This document shows, one piece after another, positions 13,262 to 25,481 of a stretch of 64,000 nucleotides of DNA. Origin of the DNA: Haliotis rufescens. Lineage: Eukaryota. The position numbers and the translations under genes were made by a program. The notes under the pieces are model-generated. The model saw nothing but the letters and a program-made list of their open reading frames with translations. It did not search any database and was not told where the DNA came from. Within the stretch, counting starts at the first letter, position 1. Every line of letters begins with the position of its first letter. The stretch lies in the NCBI RefSeq assembly GCF_023055435.1, contig NW_025963791.1, forward strand, positions 33,232,001-33,296,000, read 5' to 3'.

Positions 13262-13900
13262 CTTCTATATCAAGCTGACACGCGACGATATAACTGAAAT
13301 ACTGTATAACGCGGCATAACACCAAAAGCACTCACCCCGTCAGTAACTTGTGTGCACCACTAAGTATGCTGAAACGCCTCTGTAAATCCATGTCGAATGA
13401 GTTATTTACATATCGTATCTTGTCACAAAAGTAACCATATCGACCAATCCATAGTGCTACAGGAATAACAGATGCTACACAGCGTGACTTCATGTCAAAC
13501 AAGGTGTTTCAGAAGCGTGTGTCTATGTATTTGTTTATACTATTGTTTCAATAAATTATGTTCCTTCATTATAGTTTTTTATGAATTCTGTCATAAGAAC
13601 AAGCTCGATCGTTGTTTCCACACAATAAAGGATTTACCTTGAATAGATGAACCGAAACTGAATATATGAATGAATTGTGATCATGTGAGATGAGATTTGA
13701 TGTCAACTTCTCTCATGTAGATGAGGCGGTAAACTGTCGTCACTGATTCAAAGGCGCATTTGTTTTTATATTAAAAGCTAACTTTAAAACAACTACCAAT
13801 AGGGTCCTGTATTGATGACCTGTAATCCACCTCCGTCAACACCAACCAAGCCTTGCTTTACTGATAATGGACACGCCCCCTCACAGTCACAATACAAGGG
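13262..13900 (-). promoter_or_regulatory. Putative 5' UTR exons and proximal promoter of TRIM copy 1
   Basis: Donor-like sites AAG|GTAAGC (13262/13261) and AAG|GTAAAT (13638/13637), both kept even in the divergent copy 3. GC-box-like CACGCCCCC at ~13872 and CCAAT at ~13796. No transcript evidence. Confidence 0.45.
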
Positions 13901-14081
13901 AGGTAACTGTGAACGTTAGTATTCAGGACCAAGTCAACATATCTTTATTGTGTCATTTTTACACGTCGACGAATGACTGTGTTTACCTGAATATCAAACA
14001 TTTGTAAAACCAATAACAATAAAAGAAATTTAAATCAATATACTTTACATTTTTTTATTACCTTTGGGGCCAACAATTCCT

Positions 14082-14095
14082 ACTTTCGGTTTCTC
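14082..14095 (-). promoter_or_regulatory. IRF-element/ISRE-like motif (copy 1)
   Basis: GAGAAACCGAAAGT on the gene strand. Confidence 0.55.
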
Positions 14096-16567
14096 TTCGT
14101 TTAATGTTTCGTGTGTTTTTAAGTTTAAATTTAAGAAACACAAACCTTATGTAAGTTTGATGCTGTCGATGTCCTGAATAAACAGGTATACTAGTTCTTC
14201 ATGTGCACTGTGTGAGATTTAATTGTACGTCCTGGATGCCTTGAAAAAACAAATCCCGCCTCGGTACACACCTGTGCCTACCTGTCCCTTCCGCATGACA
14301 TACAAGGGAGGTAACTGCGAAATCTCGACTAGTGGTGATTCATAAGCGATCAAATCTGATGGCAACGTAGGTTCCTGGATCGAATCAAGGATAATTCTTG
14401 TAACAAAGCAAGAGATCGGCACATTTCAATATACACACACGGGACACACTGTAAACAGCATTTTTGTAATATCCTAAGATGTCCTACGCATTCGTATTTG
14501 TACAATTATGTGCCAACATGCATGTAATGTGGTTTGCAGCAGAACAAGAAGTAAAAGGCTGCAACACCGGTTATGTGGCAGGTGTGGTGATCGACATGTA
14601 ATAAATGTTACAACTAAGAAATATACCACAGATAAAATAGCTTTTCCTGAAACGTAAAGCAAAATCATACCAATATCACTAAGTAATGTTAACGGGCACA
14701 CCGTTATGTAATGCAAGTCACTGCAAAAATGAAATAATCTTGAAAGTGATATTGGTCCCTATTTCACCTCATCTCCGGGGCTTAGTGTGTAATTATAGAA
14801 TTGTATGCCATATTACCGCGGTAGTTAATTTATAATGTATCGTAACGACGCACGCTTACAAACTTATTAAATATGTCATACCCAAAAATTTCCTTGTTCT
14901 TTGTTCAACTTTTATGACACATCCATTAGGAATGATCGATGCTGAGTTTCGTTACCGAGTTCGGTAAACAAAGTACCTGTCATTGGCGACACATGGGCGG
15001 CAGCTCTATATTACCGAGGTATGGCTATGTTGTGGCGTGATACATGTGGATCATGTGGCTTCACTTCCTGATTTGTATTATGCACAATCGGTATGCATAC
15101 GACCTACGTTGGGTCAAGGGATTTCGTCTAAACAAATGGGTTCTTTTCTAATCAATTAGAATGGAGGCAGGGGTATTTCCACTTCAAATACATTCAAGAA
15201 ACTACCATGAAAAAGTTAAAGTGTGTATCCGTGACATACTACAACGAGTCCTGTATTCGATCATGCGATGAAATATCGTGCTTAGATTTGCATAAGTAAA
15301 CAGTCGACATGAGTGTGGATTACGAGACTTACTGATACCGCAATAATATAGGGCCCGCGATAATATAGAGTCATATCCTGTAATGATACCAGCCTCATTC
15401 AAATCCAACCCTCGTGCTCGCTACAGGTTCATAAAGAGCACAAAGATCTGGTTTTAATGAGAGTGTAGTGACACCAGGTGTATGTTGAGAGATTCACAGC
15501 CACATGACGTCCTGGCTTGATATCTGAGTTGACCTTATTACACAGGAGGCTGGGCGGATCACCAAGGGAGTCTATCTGGTAGTGACCTCGGACACAACGA
15601 GGAAGCAGATGTTGAACCAGGCTGACTGCATGGAGAAGATACCAGTGTACAAGCCAAACTGAAAATACCATTTTGTCCATTTTCTCAGCTATCTATCTAT
15701 CAGATGCGTTGAGGCTGATATGGCGCAAGGGTTTGTGGATACATTTTGCTTCTTTGTGTGATGTTTAGTTTCTACTTATTCAAGGGTTTAATAAATTATT
15801 CAGTCAGCAAATCATATAAATTAAATGTTGGAAAATAAATATATAAATAAATTCCCATGTGGATTCTGGGTTAGAACAGAAGGCCACAGTGAAAGAGACT
15901 ACATGGATCGTGTGGTCATGCTTTTTGACATTCTTGATTGCGTGTCATTGTGACAGCATGGGGTGTTGCTCATAATATCACTAGTTTGTCTGACCCAGTC
16001 GCTGTTACCAACAGGCCTCTGTGAAATAGCTGGACATTTTGCTGAGGGCAGGGTCAATCATGTAACAAAGAAGCCATAGTGTGTGTGGGTTAGAATTGGT
16101 CCCTAGTAACCTAGCGACTGCAATAGATCGTTTGACGTGTTGTGTCACCATAACCGGACATCATGAGACATTTGTCCCAATATCAACCATTGGTCTGTCT
16201 TGTCCAGACTAGCTTATCAATAGCCTCTCAGGATATAGATGGAACAACATACTCAAGTAAATGCAATCATGATTATGTGTGTTTTATTGTGTCTAATGTC
16301 ACACTCAGAAATATTCCAGCTATTTGATGTGGACTTGTAACTAAGTGATTGATATTGTGAGCAATGATCCACTCCAACAGGGTACATGAAACACAACAAA
16401 TCAAGTAACAGAGCCTGACCACTCGGTCCCTATGGTCGCCTTTTACAACCAGCATACGTTACTGAGGATATATTCTAACCTGGGATCCCTGTTGGGATCA
16501 ACAATGTCATTTGAATTGCCCAACTTATGATGAAATATGTAGGACTCAAGCAAATATGATTGTTTGT

Positions 16568-16789
16568 TGACAAATTGTTGTTGAGGGCTGCACTCAGCAT
16601 TATTCCAGCTATGTCTGTAATTAATTGAGTCTGGGCCAGACAATCCAGGGATTGACATCATGAGCATCTACCATGCAAGTCAGTGAGCCTGACCACCCGA
16701 TCCCGTTAGTCGCCTCTTAAGACAAGCATAGCCACCTTTTACAGCAAGCATGGGTTGCTGAAGACCTATTCTACCCCTGATCTTCATGG
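16568..16789 (-). mobile_element. SINE-like dispersed repeat (family B)
   Basis: Reverse complement of 25225-25481. Also at ~24299-24520, ~40112-40305 and ~59790-59985. Confidence 0.7.
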
Positions 16790-17114
16790 CCTAACGTTTG
16801 TTCAGTTTATTCAGAGTAAACTATATCTATTTTACGGTCTCTGATTATGGAGCTGACGCACAAAAATAATTTCATTTTTAGCCAAACACTAACATGGAAT
16901 CACTTACAGTTTATTTTTTGACAATTGAACAATTAAATGTACTATACCTACGACACTATTATAATCATTAGAGATATGAACACAATTACACAATTGTAGA
17001 AGTGTTCCTCCGTACAGGTATGATGCAGGAGCTATTTGTTATTAAGTGGCTCACCATAACGTTCCACAAAACAAACTTCATGACATCACAAATGGAACAT
17101 TCCTACATGGAACA

Positions 17115-17479
17115 GACCGCCTCCGTGGTCTAGTGGTAGAGCGTCCGCCCAGAGAGCGGAAGTTCCGGGGTTCGATCCCCGACCGCGTCATACCAAAAGA
17201 CATTAACAGATGGTACTTGTTGTTACCCTGTCTGGTGCTCGGCATTAAGGGGATAAAACAAGGACTGGTCGGCTCGGAGTCAGTACACTGTGTCTGAGTG
17301 GGGTATTCTTGTTAAACTTCGGCATGGTATCTCAGTGAGCTAGCACTATAAATCGGCATCAGTCCGGACTAGTACAACCTGCCACACACACACACACAGA
17401 CACACACACGTGCAGACACGTCGCTATATAAGTGCAATAATCATGGACGCGACGTTAAACCCCATTTTAACGCACCTCA
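17115..17479 (+). mobile_element. Full-length tRNA-derived SINE resembling Meta-domain SINEs
   Basis: A and B boxes, central gactggtcggctcggagtcag...tcagtgagctagcactataaa, and a (CA)n tract. 13-bp TSD CCTACATGGAACA. Empty sites at ~45575 and ~53226. Confidence 0.85.
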
Positions 17480-18031
17480 CCTACATGGAACACCCTTTCT
17501 ACTATCTAGTAAACTAAAAACATTCTATGACGACGGTGCAATGGACCACGTACCTAACATGGTACTGAATGGAGCTGGGACGAGTCCAAATCTACAGCCC
17601 GGGTAACCAGCCCGACTCGGGAACCCACTGATGGTCTCAAGAGTTGGGAACTCATTAGTGTCATTAAACAATATATCAAGTCACCATCCACTGGTCCAAG
17701 TAGTCATGTGAGCACTTCAATAACAAGTAAACCATATCATATCTACTAAGAATAGAGTGAAATATTGGTATCTCTTGAGCAGATTGGGATCAAACCAAGG
17801 ACTTTTCGCCTTCCCGGCCGACACCGTACTTACTAGAACACGGAGGTGATTTAATAAAGATAACCAGATTGCTAAATACATAATGTGATGTGTAATGATG
17901 TGAAAATAATGTCTGTTGATACACCTTTGTATGATCATTCACACCCCAATCGGAAGAGTCCATTTTGAGTTGTTATAGGGAAGTTAACACCAGTGATAGT
18001 GATGACTGAAAGCATGCAGTGGTTGGTGTGA

Positions 18032-19659
18032 CTACATGAAGTTGACTTCGTGTATCTGACCGTCTTCACACACATACATTGTGTCATGTCTATCTACATA
18101 CAATCCATATGGATCACAGCCAATGTCTTTATGATCTGTGACATAATCCCCTGTCTCTGTCAGCTGTACAACATTGTTGGTGTCTGCAACCAGGATGTCT
18201 CCTGTTGGAGTAGTTGAGATACCATAAGGGGTGAGTGCTCTGTCTCCAGTAGGGGCGTATCTCCACACAACATCCCCCTCTGACGTCACACATGTCACAG
18301 ACTCCTCATCCCAGTCAGACACGAGTATGTTACCCTTGTTGTTGACACAAATGTACCAGGGGTAGGAGAACAGTGTCTCGTTGTTGTGTGTAGTGACTGA
18401 CTTCAGCACGTGTCCCGCCATGTCCAGGATATCAACACAGTCATATGTACCTGCTGCTAGAGATGAAGGACTCAGAACAGCGAGACTGTAGTAGTCCTTG
18501 CTTGTTGTGATGATAGAGAGCAGCACCAGGTCAGGGGTCACTTCTACAGTTACAATCTGACTGGAGCCAGGGACAGTAACCATCACCTGGTTCTCCTTCA
18601 ACTGTGTTACACCACGTGGAAAGTTATCCAGGGGAAGTTTACTGTGGCATATCAAGTTGTTTCTTGTGTACAAAGATTTCACACACTCGTTCTCCATGTC
18701 AGTGACTACAACTGTCTGTATACCATCTACAACCAGGACTGTGACGTTACGTAGATCAGGCTCCATTTCATCGCCCGCCATCTTCCCATCTATCGTGTCA
18801 ACCAGCACTGGAGATGGCAGACATGTGCCCTGATCCTGGTATGTGACGTCAATCTTCCCCAGCTGTAGGTCATCTAGAGTGTGCTGGACGTTGTCAGTGT
18901 CAGGTGTGAACCAGATGTCGTCTATTCTCCGTGTGTCTGCTGTGTCTTTGTCCCTGACATCCCCCAGCTCTACAGCCCCCGACTCCCAGGCCTGATAGGC
19001 GTCATACAGGTCCATCTCACAGTCCGATACCAAGGCCTGGTCAATGAACTCACAATGTTGTCTGTACATCTGCATCTCAATCTCTTCAAGTTTAACAACT
19101 GCTTTAAGTTCCTTAGTTTGTTTGTCTGTAATATCCTTGACTTCGTTCATCAGTTGTTTTCCTTTCTGCTTGATGTTGGCGATGGCTCTCTCAACAGCAC
19201 ATTTAATGTGATTTTCTACTGCTATTTTGTTTTTCTCAATTCCGCTAATTTTCTCGTCTGTTTTCTTAACAATTGTTTCTTTTCTATGTATTTTCTTTGA
19301 TAACTGTTTAGCATGCCTTCTTAAATAGTATTTCAAGTTTGGCAACATTAACTGAATGGTAACGACAGACTCACATTTTCTATGGTAAACAACACAACAT
19401 GTCTGACACACAGCTTTGTGGCAGTCTTTACATACAAGTTTTATAGCCTCATCCTTATGTTCCCTGCATATGACCTTGCGCCTCCTCTTCACCTTTACCT
19501 CCCTTGAAAGGTCACAGATCTCATGGTCATGTGATGATGGACTTGCACGATGTATCTTGACACATCTTTCGCAGAGGGACACTTGACACTCAGAACACCA
19601 TGAGGCTCCCGGAGTTGTCTCCCCTAACTTCTCACACACGGAGCAACATGAAGCGGAAC
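18032..19659 (-). CDS. TRIM copy 2 large exon: B-box1, B-box2, coiled coil, NHL-like beta-propeller (641 aa with the RING exon)
   Basis: Open frame. CxxC...CxxC....C..C...H....H B-box1 and CREH...CKDC...CQTC...H B-box2. Repeated PxG / ILVSD blades. Canonical acceptor. Confidence 0.92.
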
Positions 19660-20563
19660 CTGTAAGTGGACATATCTATAGTTATTTGACATATCATGAG
19701 AATATTTATATAAATTAGAAGATTGAGAATCCAGATAAAATCACCCCCTCTCACCTATTTTCAATCCACGAATAGGGCGATGGGTGTAGGCTTTGAGTTT
19801 AAGTGTTGGCTCGTCACGCCCGTGGGTTTGATGTGTGAAGCCCCATATTGGCATAATTAACAGTGGCGTAAAACTGAACTCATTCACCCAGTTATGTACA
19901 TGTAGTTTCAACAGGTGCAATTGCACTTACAAGTGAACAGTTTCGATCACGATTTTCACGGGCGGTAGTGAAGCCTTGTGGTTTAAGTGTTAGCCAGGTT
20001 TGATTCCCTACATGAGTAAAATGTGTGAAGCCCATTTCTTGTGTCCCCCGCAATGATATCGCTGGAACATTGCTGAAGGTGGCAAAAATACATACTCACT
20101 CACTCACTCACTCACTCACTCACTCACTATTATCAACCTGAAACATTCTATCATTACTAATACCCTTTTCATAAATTGCCATTTGTTGATGTTTTCAGAT
20201 AATAATATTTTCAAGTGCTTTATGGATGATCTGATTATATAAGCATCATGTAAACCGATAATAATCAGCAGGTCAATTAGCATTGCCAGTGCACATTGCC
20301 CCGACGTCAAAATATATTGTAAATATGTCTTTGCCGTGAGTACAGTTAGAGTCATGTTTGTAACAAATGTATATTTTCTGGTGTCGTTTAGTGGAGTTAA
20401 TTGGTATCATTGAACATACTGTGAACAGCAATACTGTAATTATACTGTATGTTTAAACAAATAACGAGTACCCTTTAACATGCTTTCATTACAAACATGA
20501 TTCTTATTACTAGATTTCAGTTTGTGAAATGAATGTGTAGTTCATAATGTAATAAACTAATAC

Positions 20564-20861
20564 CTGTTTTGACAACGTCAGCTTGTGTGTCAATCAGCCC
20601 CTGTATAATGATGCTGGGTTTGATCTGCCCCGCCCACTCCTCCACAGGCCGGCTGGGATGGGGGACCTTGGTATCTTGTTGACAGAAGGCACAGGGGATC
20701 GTCTTGGACTGTACAGCATCTGGTCTGGTTTGGATGTATGCATTGACACATTTCCTGCAGAATGTGTGATCACACGTCAGTGTACAGGGGTCTGTGTACA
20801 GTTCCTGGCAGATCACACAGGTGAGGAATTCCATTACTTTGTCAGCTCGTATCGTCGCCAT
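20564..20861 (-). CDS. TRIM copy 2 RING exon
   Basis: Intact C3HC4 RING, 298 nt, GT donor, phase 1. Confidence 0.92.
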
Positions 20862-21814
20862 CTGTAAAACATAAATAACTGTTCACTTTTCGTAGAAATA
20901 ATTTCAGCTGAAGTCGTTCCGTTTTTGTAATAGCGTTACATGTGTTTTGTTTGAGACAATACAATACAATTTCTTGAAGCGACTTCGGGCTTACCTTCCA
21001 TATCAAGCTGACACACGATGATATAACTGAAATACTGCATTAAGCGGCATAACACCAAACACACTCAACCCGTCAGTAACTTGTGTGCACCACTAAGTAT
21101 GCTGAAACGCCTCTGTAAATCCATGTCGAATGAGTCGTTAACATATCATTTCTTGTGACAAAAATGACCATATCGACCAATCCATAGTGCTACAGGAATA
21201 ACAGATTCTACATATCGTGACTTCATGTCAAACAAGGTGTTTCAGAAGCGTGTGTCTATGTATTTGTTTATACTATTGTTTCAATAAAACATGTTCCTAC
21301 ATTATAGTTTTTTATAAATTCTGTCATAAGAACAAGTTCGATCGATGTTTCCACACAATAAAAGATTTACCTTGAATAGATGAACCGAAACTGAATATAT
21401 GAATGTATAGTGATCATGTGAGATGAGATTTGATGTCAACTTCACTCATGTAGATGTGGCAGTAAACTGTCGTCATTGATTCAAATGCGCATTTGTTTTT
21501 ATATTAAAAGCTAACTTTAAAACAACTACCAATAGGGTCTTGTATTGATGACCTGTAATCCACCTCCGTCAACACCAACCAAGCCTTGCTTTACTGATAA
21601 TGGACACGCCCCCCTCACAGTCACAATACAAGGGAGGTAACTGTGAACGTTAGTATTCAGGACCAAGTCAACATATCTTTATTGTGTCATTTTTACACGT
21701 CGACGAATGACATTGTTTCCCAGAATGTCAAACATTTGTAAAACCCATAACAATAAAAGAAATTTAAATCAATATACTCTACATTTTTCTATTTTCTTGG
21801 GGCCAACAATTCCT

Positions 21815-21828
21815 ACTTTCAGTTTCTC
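21815..21828 (-). promoter_or_regulatory. IRF-element/ISRE-like motif (copy 2) GAGAAACTGAAAGT
   Basis: The variant base falls in the spacer, so the consensus is kept. Confidence 0.55.
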
Positions 21829-24800
21829 TTCGTTTAATGTTTCGTGTGTTTTTAAGTTTAAATTTAAGAAATACAAACCTTATATAAGTTTGATGCTGTC
21901 GATGTTCTGAATAAACAGGTATACTAGTTCTTCATGTGCACTGTGTGAGATTGAATTGTACGTCCTGGATGCCTTTAAATAACCAAATCCCGCCTCGGTT
22001 CACGGCTGTGCCTGTCCCTTCCGCATGAAATACAAGGGAGGTAACTGCGAAATCTCGACTAGTGGTGATTCATAAGCGATCAAATCTGATGACAACGTAG
22101 GTTCCTGGATCGAATCAAGGATGATTCTTGTAACAACGCAAGAGATCGGCATATTTCAATATACACACACGGGACACACTGTAAACAGCATTTTTGTAAT
22201 ATCCTAAGATGTCCTACGCATTCGTATTTGTACAATCATGTGCCAAAATGCATGTAATGTGGTTTGCAGCAGAACAAGAAGTAAAAGGTTGGAACAGCGG
22301 TTATGTGGCAGGTGTGGTGATCGACATGTCATAAATGTTCCAAAAAAGAAATATACCACAGATAAAATAACTTTCCTGAAACGTAAAGCAAAATCATACC
22401 AATATCACTAAGTAATGTTAACGTGCACACCGTCATGTAATGCAAGTCACTGCAAAAATGAAATAATCTTGAAAGTGATATTGGTCCCTATATTTTCACC
22501 TCATCTCCGGGGCTTAGTGTGTAATTATAGCATGGTACGATATATTATCGCGGTAGTCAAATTATAATGGATGGTAATGGCGCACGCTTACAAACTTATT
22601 AAATATGTCATACACAAAATGCTTGTTCTTTGTTCACCTTTTATGACACATCAATTAGGATTGATCGATGCTGATTGTCTTTACTGAGTTCGGTAAACAA
22701 ATTACCTGTCATTGGCGACACAAGGGCGGGCAGCTCTGTATTACCGAGGTATGGCTATGTTGTGGCGTGATACATGTGGATCATGTGGCTTCACTTCCTG
22801 ATTTGTATTATGCACAATCGGTATGCATACAACCTACGTTGGGTCAAGGGACTTCGTCCAAACAAATGGGTTCTTTTCTAATCAATTAGAATGGAGGCAG
22901 GGGGTATTTCCACTTTAAATACATTCAAGAAACTACCATGAAAAAGTTAAAGTGTGTATACGTGACATACTACAACGAGTCCTGTATTCGATCATGCGAT
23001 GAAATATCGTGCTTAGATTTGCATAAGTAAACAGTCGACATGAGTGTGGATTACGAGACTTACTGATACCGCAATAATATAGGGCCCGCGATAATATAGA
23101 GTCATATCCTGTAATGATACCAGCCTCATTCAAATCCAACCCTCGTGCTCGCTACAGGTTCATAAAGAGCACAAAGATCTGGTTTTAATGAGAGTGTAGT
23201 GACACCAGGTGTATGTTGAGAGATTCACAGCCACATGACGTCCTGGCTTGATATCTGAGTTGACCTTATTACACAGGAGGCTGGGCGGATCACCAAGGGA
23301 GTCTATCTGGTAGTGACCTCGGACACAACGAGGAAGCAGATGTTGAACCAGGCTGACTGCATGGAGAAGATACCAGTGTACAAGCCAAACTGAAAATACC
23401 ATTTTGTCCATTTTCTCAGCTATCTATCTATCAGATGCGTTGAGGCTGATATGGCGCAAGGGTTTGTGGATACATTTTGCTTCTTTGTGTGATGTTTAGT
23501 TTCTACTTATTCAAGGGTTTAATAAATTATTCAGTCAGCAAATCATATAAATTAAATGTTGGAAAATAAATATATAAATAAATTCCCATGTGGATTCTGG
23601 GTTAGAACAGAAGGCCACAGTGAAAGAGACTACATGGATCGTGTGGTCATGCTTTTTGACATTCTTGATTGCGTGTCATTGTGACAGCATGGGGTGTTGC
23701 TCATAATATCACTTGTTTGTCTGACCCAGTCGCTGTTACCAACAGGCCTCTGTGAAATAGCTGGACATTTTGCTGAGGGCAGGGTCAATCATGTAACAAA
23801 GAAGCCATAGTGTGTGTGGGTTAGAATTGGTCCCTAGTAACCTAGCGACTGCAATAGATCGTTTGACGTGTTGTGTCACCATAACCGGACATCATGAGAC
23901 ATTTGTCCCAATATCAACCATTGGTCTGTCTTGTCCAGACTAGCTTATCAATAGCCTCTCAGGATATAGATGGAACAACATACTCAAGTAAATGCAATCA
24001 TGATTATGTGTGTTTTATTGTGTCTAATGTCACACTCAGAAATATTCCAGCTATTTGATGTGGACTTGTAACTAAGTGATTGATATTGTGAGCAATGATC
24101 CACTCCAACAGGGTACATGAAACACAACAAATCAAGTAACAGAGCCTGACCACTCGGTCCCTATGGTCGCCTTTTACAACCAGCATACGTTACTGAGGAT
24201 ATATTCTAACCTGGGATCCCTGTTGGGATCAACAATGTCATTTGAATTGCCCAACTTATGATGAAATATGTAGGACTCAAGCAAATATGATTGTTTGTTG
24301 ACAAATTGTTGTTGAGGGCTGCACTCAGCATTATTCCAGCTATGTCTGTAATTAATTGAGTCTGGGCCAGACAATCCAGGGATTGACATCATGAGCATCT
24401 ACCATGCAAGTCAGTGAGCCTGACCACCCGATCCCGTTAGTCGCCTCTTAAGACAAGCATAGCCACCTTTTACAGCAAGCATGGGTTGCTGAAGACCTAT
24501 TCTACCCCTGAAATTCATGGGTACAAACAAATACGAATGGCCCAAGCATTTAACCTATGGAAAGAATGGAAAGGTTTCAATCCTGTCTGCATCTAATATT
24601 TACGAACTGCTGTAAAAAGCTGGAATTTTGGTAACTGCTGTGGAATTCAGTATTCACTCAAGCCTATGTGAGTAATTAACTGGACATTTTGACTGGTGCA
24701 TGTTTCAGAATGGCCAAGGCAAAGCAGGCTGTGTTGAGGGAGAAGAAACAACACACCCTCAAGAAACAACATCGCCAGACTCCATGTGTGGGCAGTTCAT

Positions 24801-25022
24801 GACCACAGAAGACTGTGTATAAGTATTGTAGAGCGTGTGTGAGTGTGAAGTCCAGGGTGTGGTGGGGATGAATGTCGACAGTCCAAGGACAGCTGCAGGA
24901 GGTGTTGATTCAGTCAAGGCGGAAGTTGTGTGTCATCATATATGTCGACCTGTGTCACTTCACCTCAGTCAGTTTGTAGCCCTGATAATAAAGAGAAGTT
25001 CTACAATGTCCGTTTTATGAAT

Positions 25023-25108
25023 TTAATATGGGCTGACGTTTAATATGGGCTGACGTTTAATATGGGCTGACGTTTAATATGGGCTGATGTTTATTATGGG
25101 CTGACGTT
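25023..25108. repeat. 17-bp tandem repeat (tttaatatgggctgacg) x5
   Basis: Directly visible. Confidence 0.9.
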
Positions 25109-25224
25109 TGGAATAGGGTGGAGGATTGATGAAAGCTGAATATTAAGTGCAGAGGATTTTGTGCAACGGTTTCACAAACCGGAGCTCTGCCACTGTCACA
25201 ATTGCTTTTCTCAAGCACACGACC

Positions 25225-25481
25225 CATTGAGATCCGGGGCAGAATATGTCTACAGCAACCCATGCTTGCCATAAAAGGTGACTATGCTTGTTGTAAGAGG
25301 TGACTAACAGGATCGGGTGGTCAGGCTCGCTGACTTGGTTGATGCATGTCATCGTATCCCAATTGCGAGGATCGATGCTCATGATATCAATCACTGGATT
25401 GTCTTGTCCAGACTCGATTATTTACAGACCACCGTCATATAGCTTGAATATTGATGAGTGCCACATTAAACAACAAACAAA
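25225..25481 (+). mobile_element. SINE-like dispersed repeat (family B) with (AAAC)n tail
   Basis: Multi-copy in the window and ends in aaacaacaaacaaaa. Confidence 0.7.

Noticed and set aside
15202-15680. Small ORFs repeated identically upstream of several copies
   Set aside because: Explained by recent segmental duplication. No recognisable protein similarity.
18881-19300. 139-aa antisense ORF recurring in several TRIM copies
   Set aside because: A shadow of the conserved sense frame, interrupted in copy 1, starting at a non-ATG codon, with no recognisable domain.
24520-25020. Unique purine-rich, exon-like segment between copies 2 and 3
   Set aside because: No long frame or recognisable motif, so it cannot be supported without a database search.
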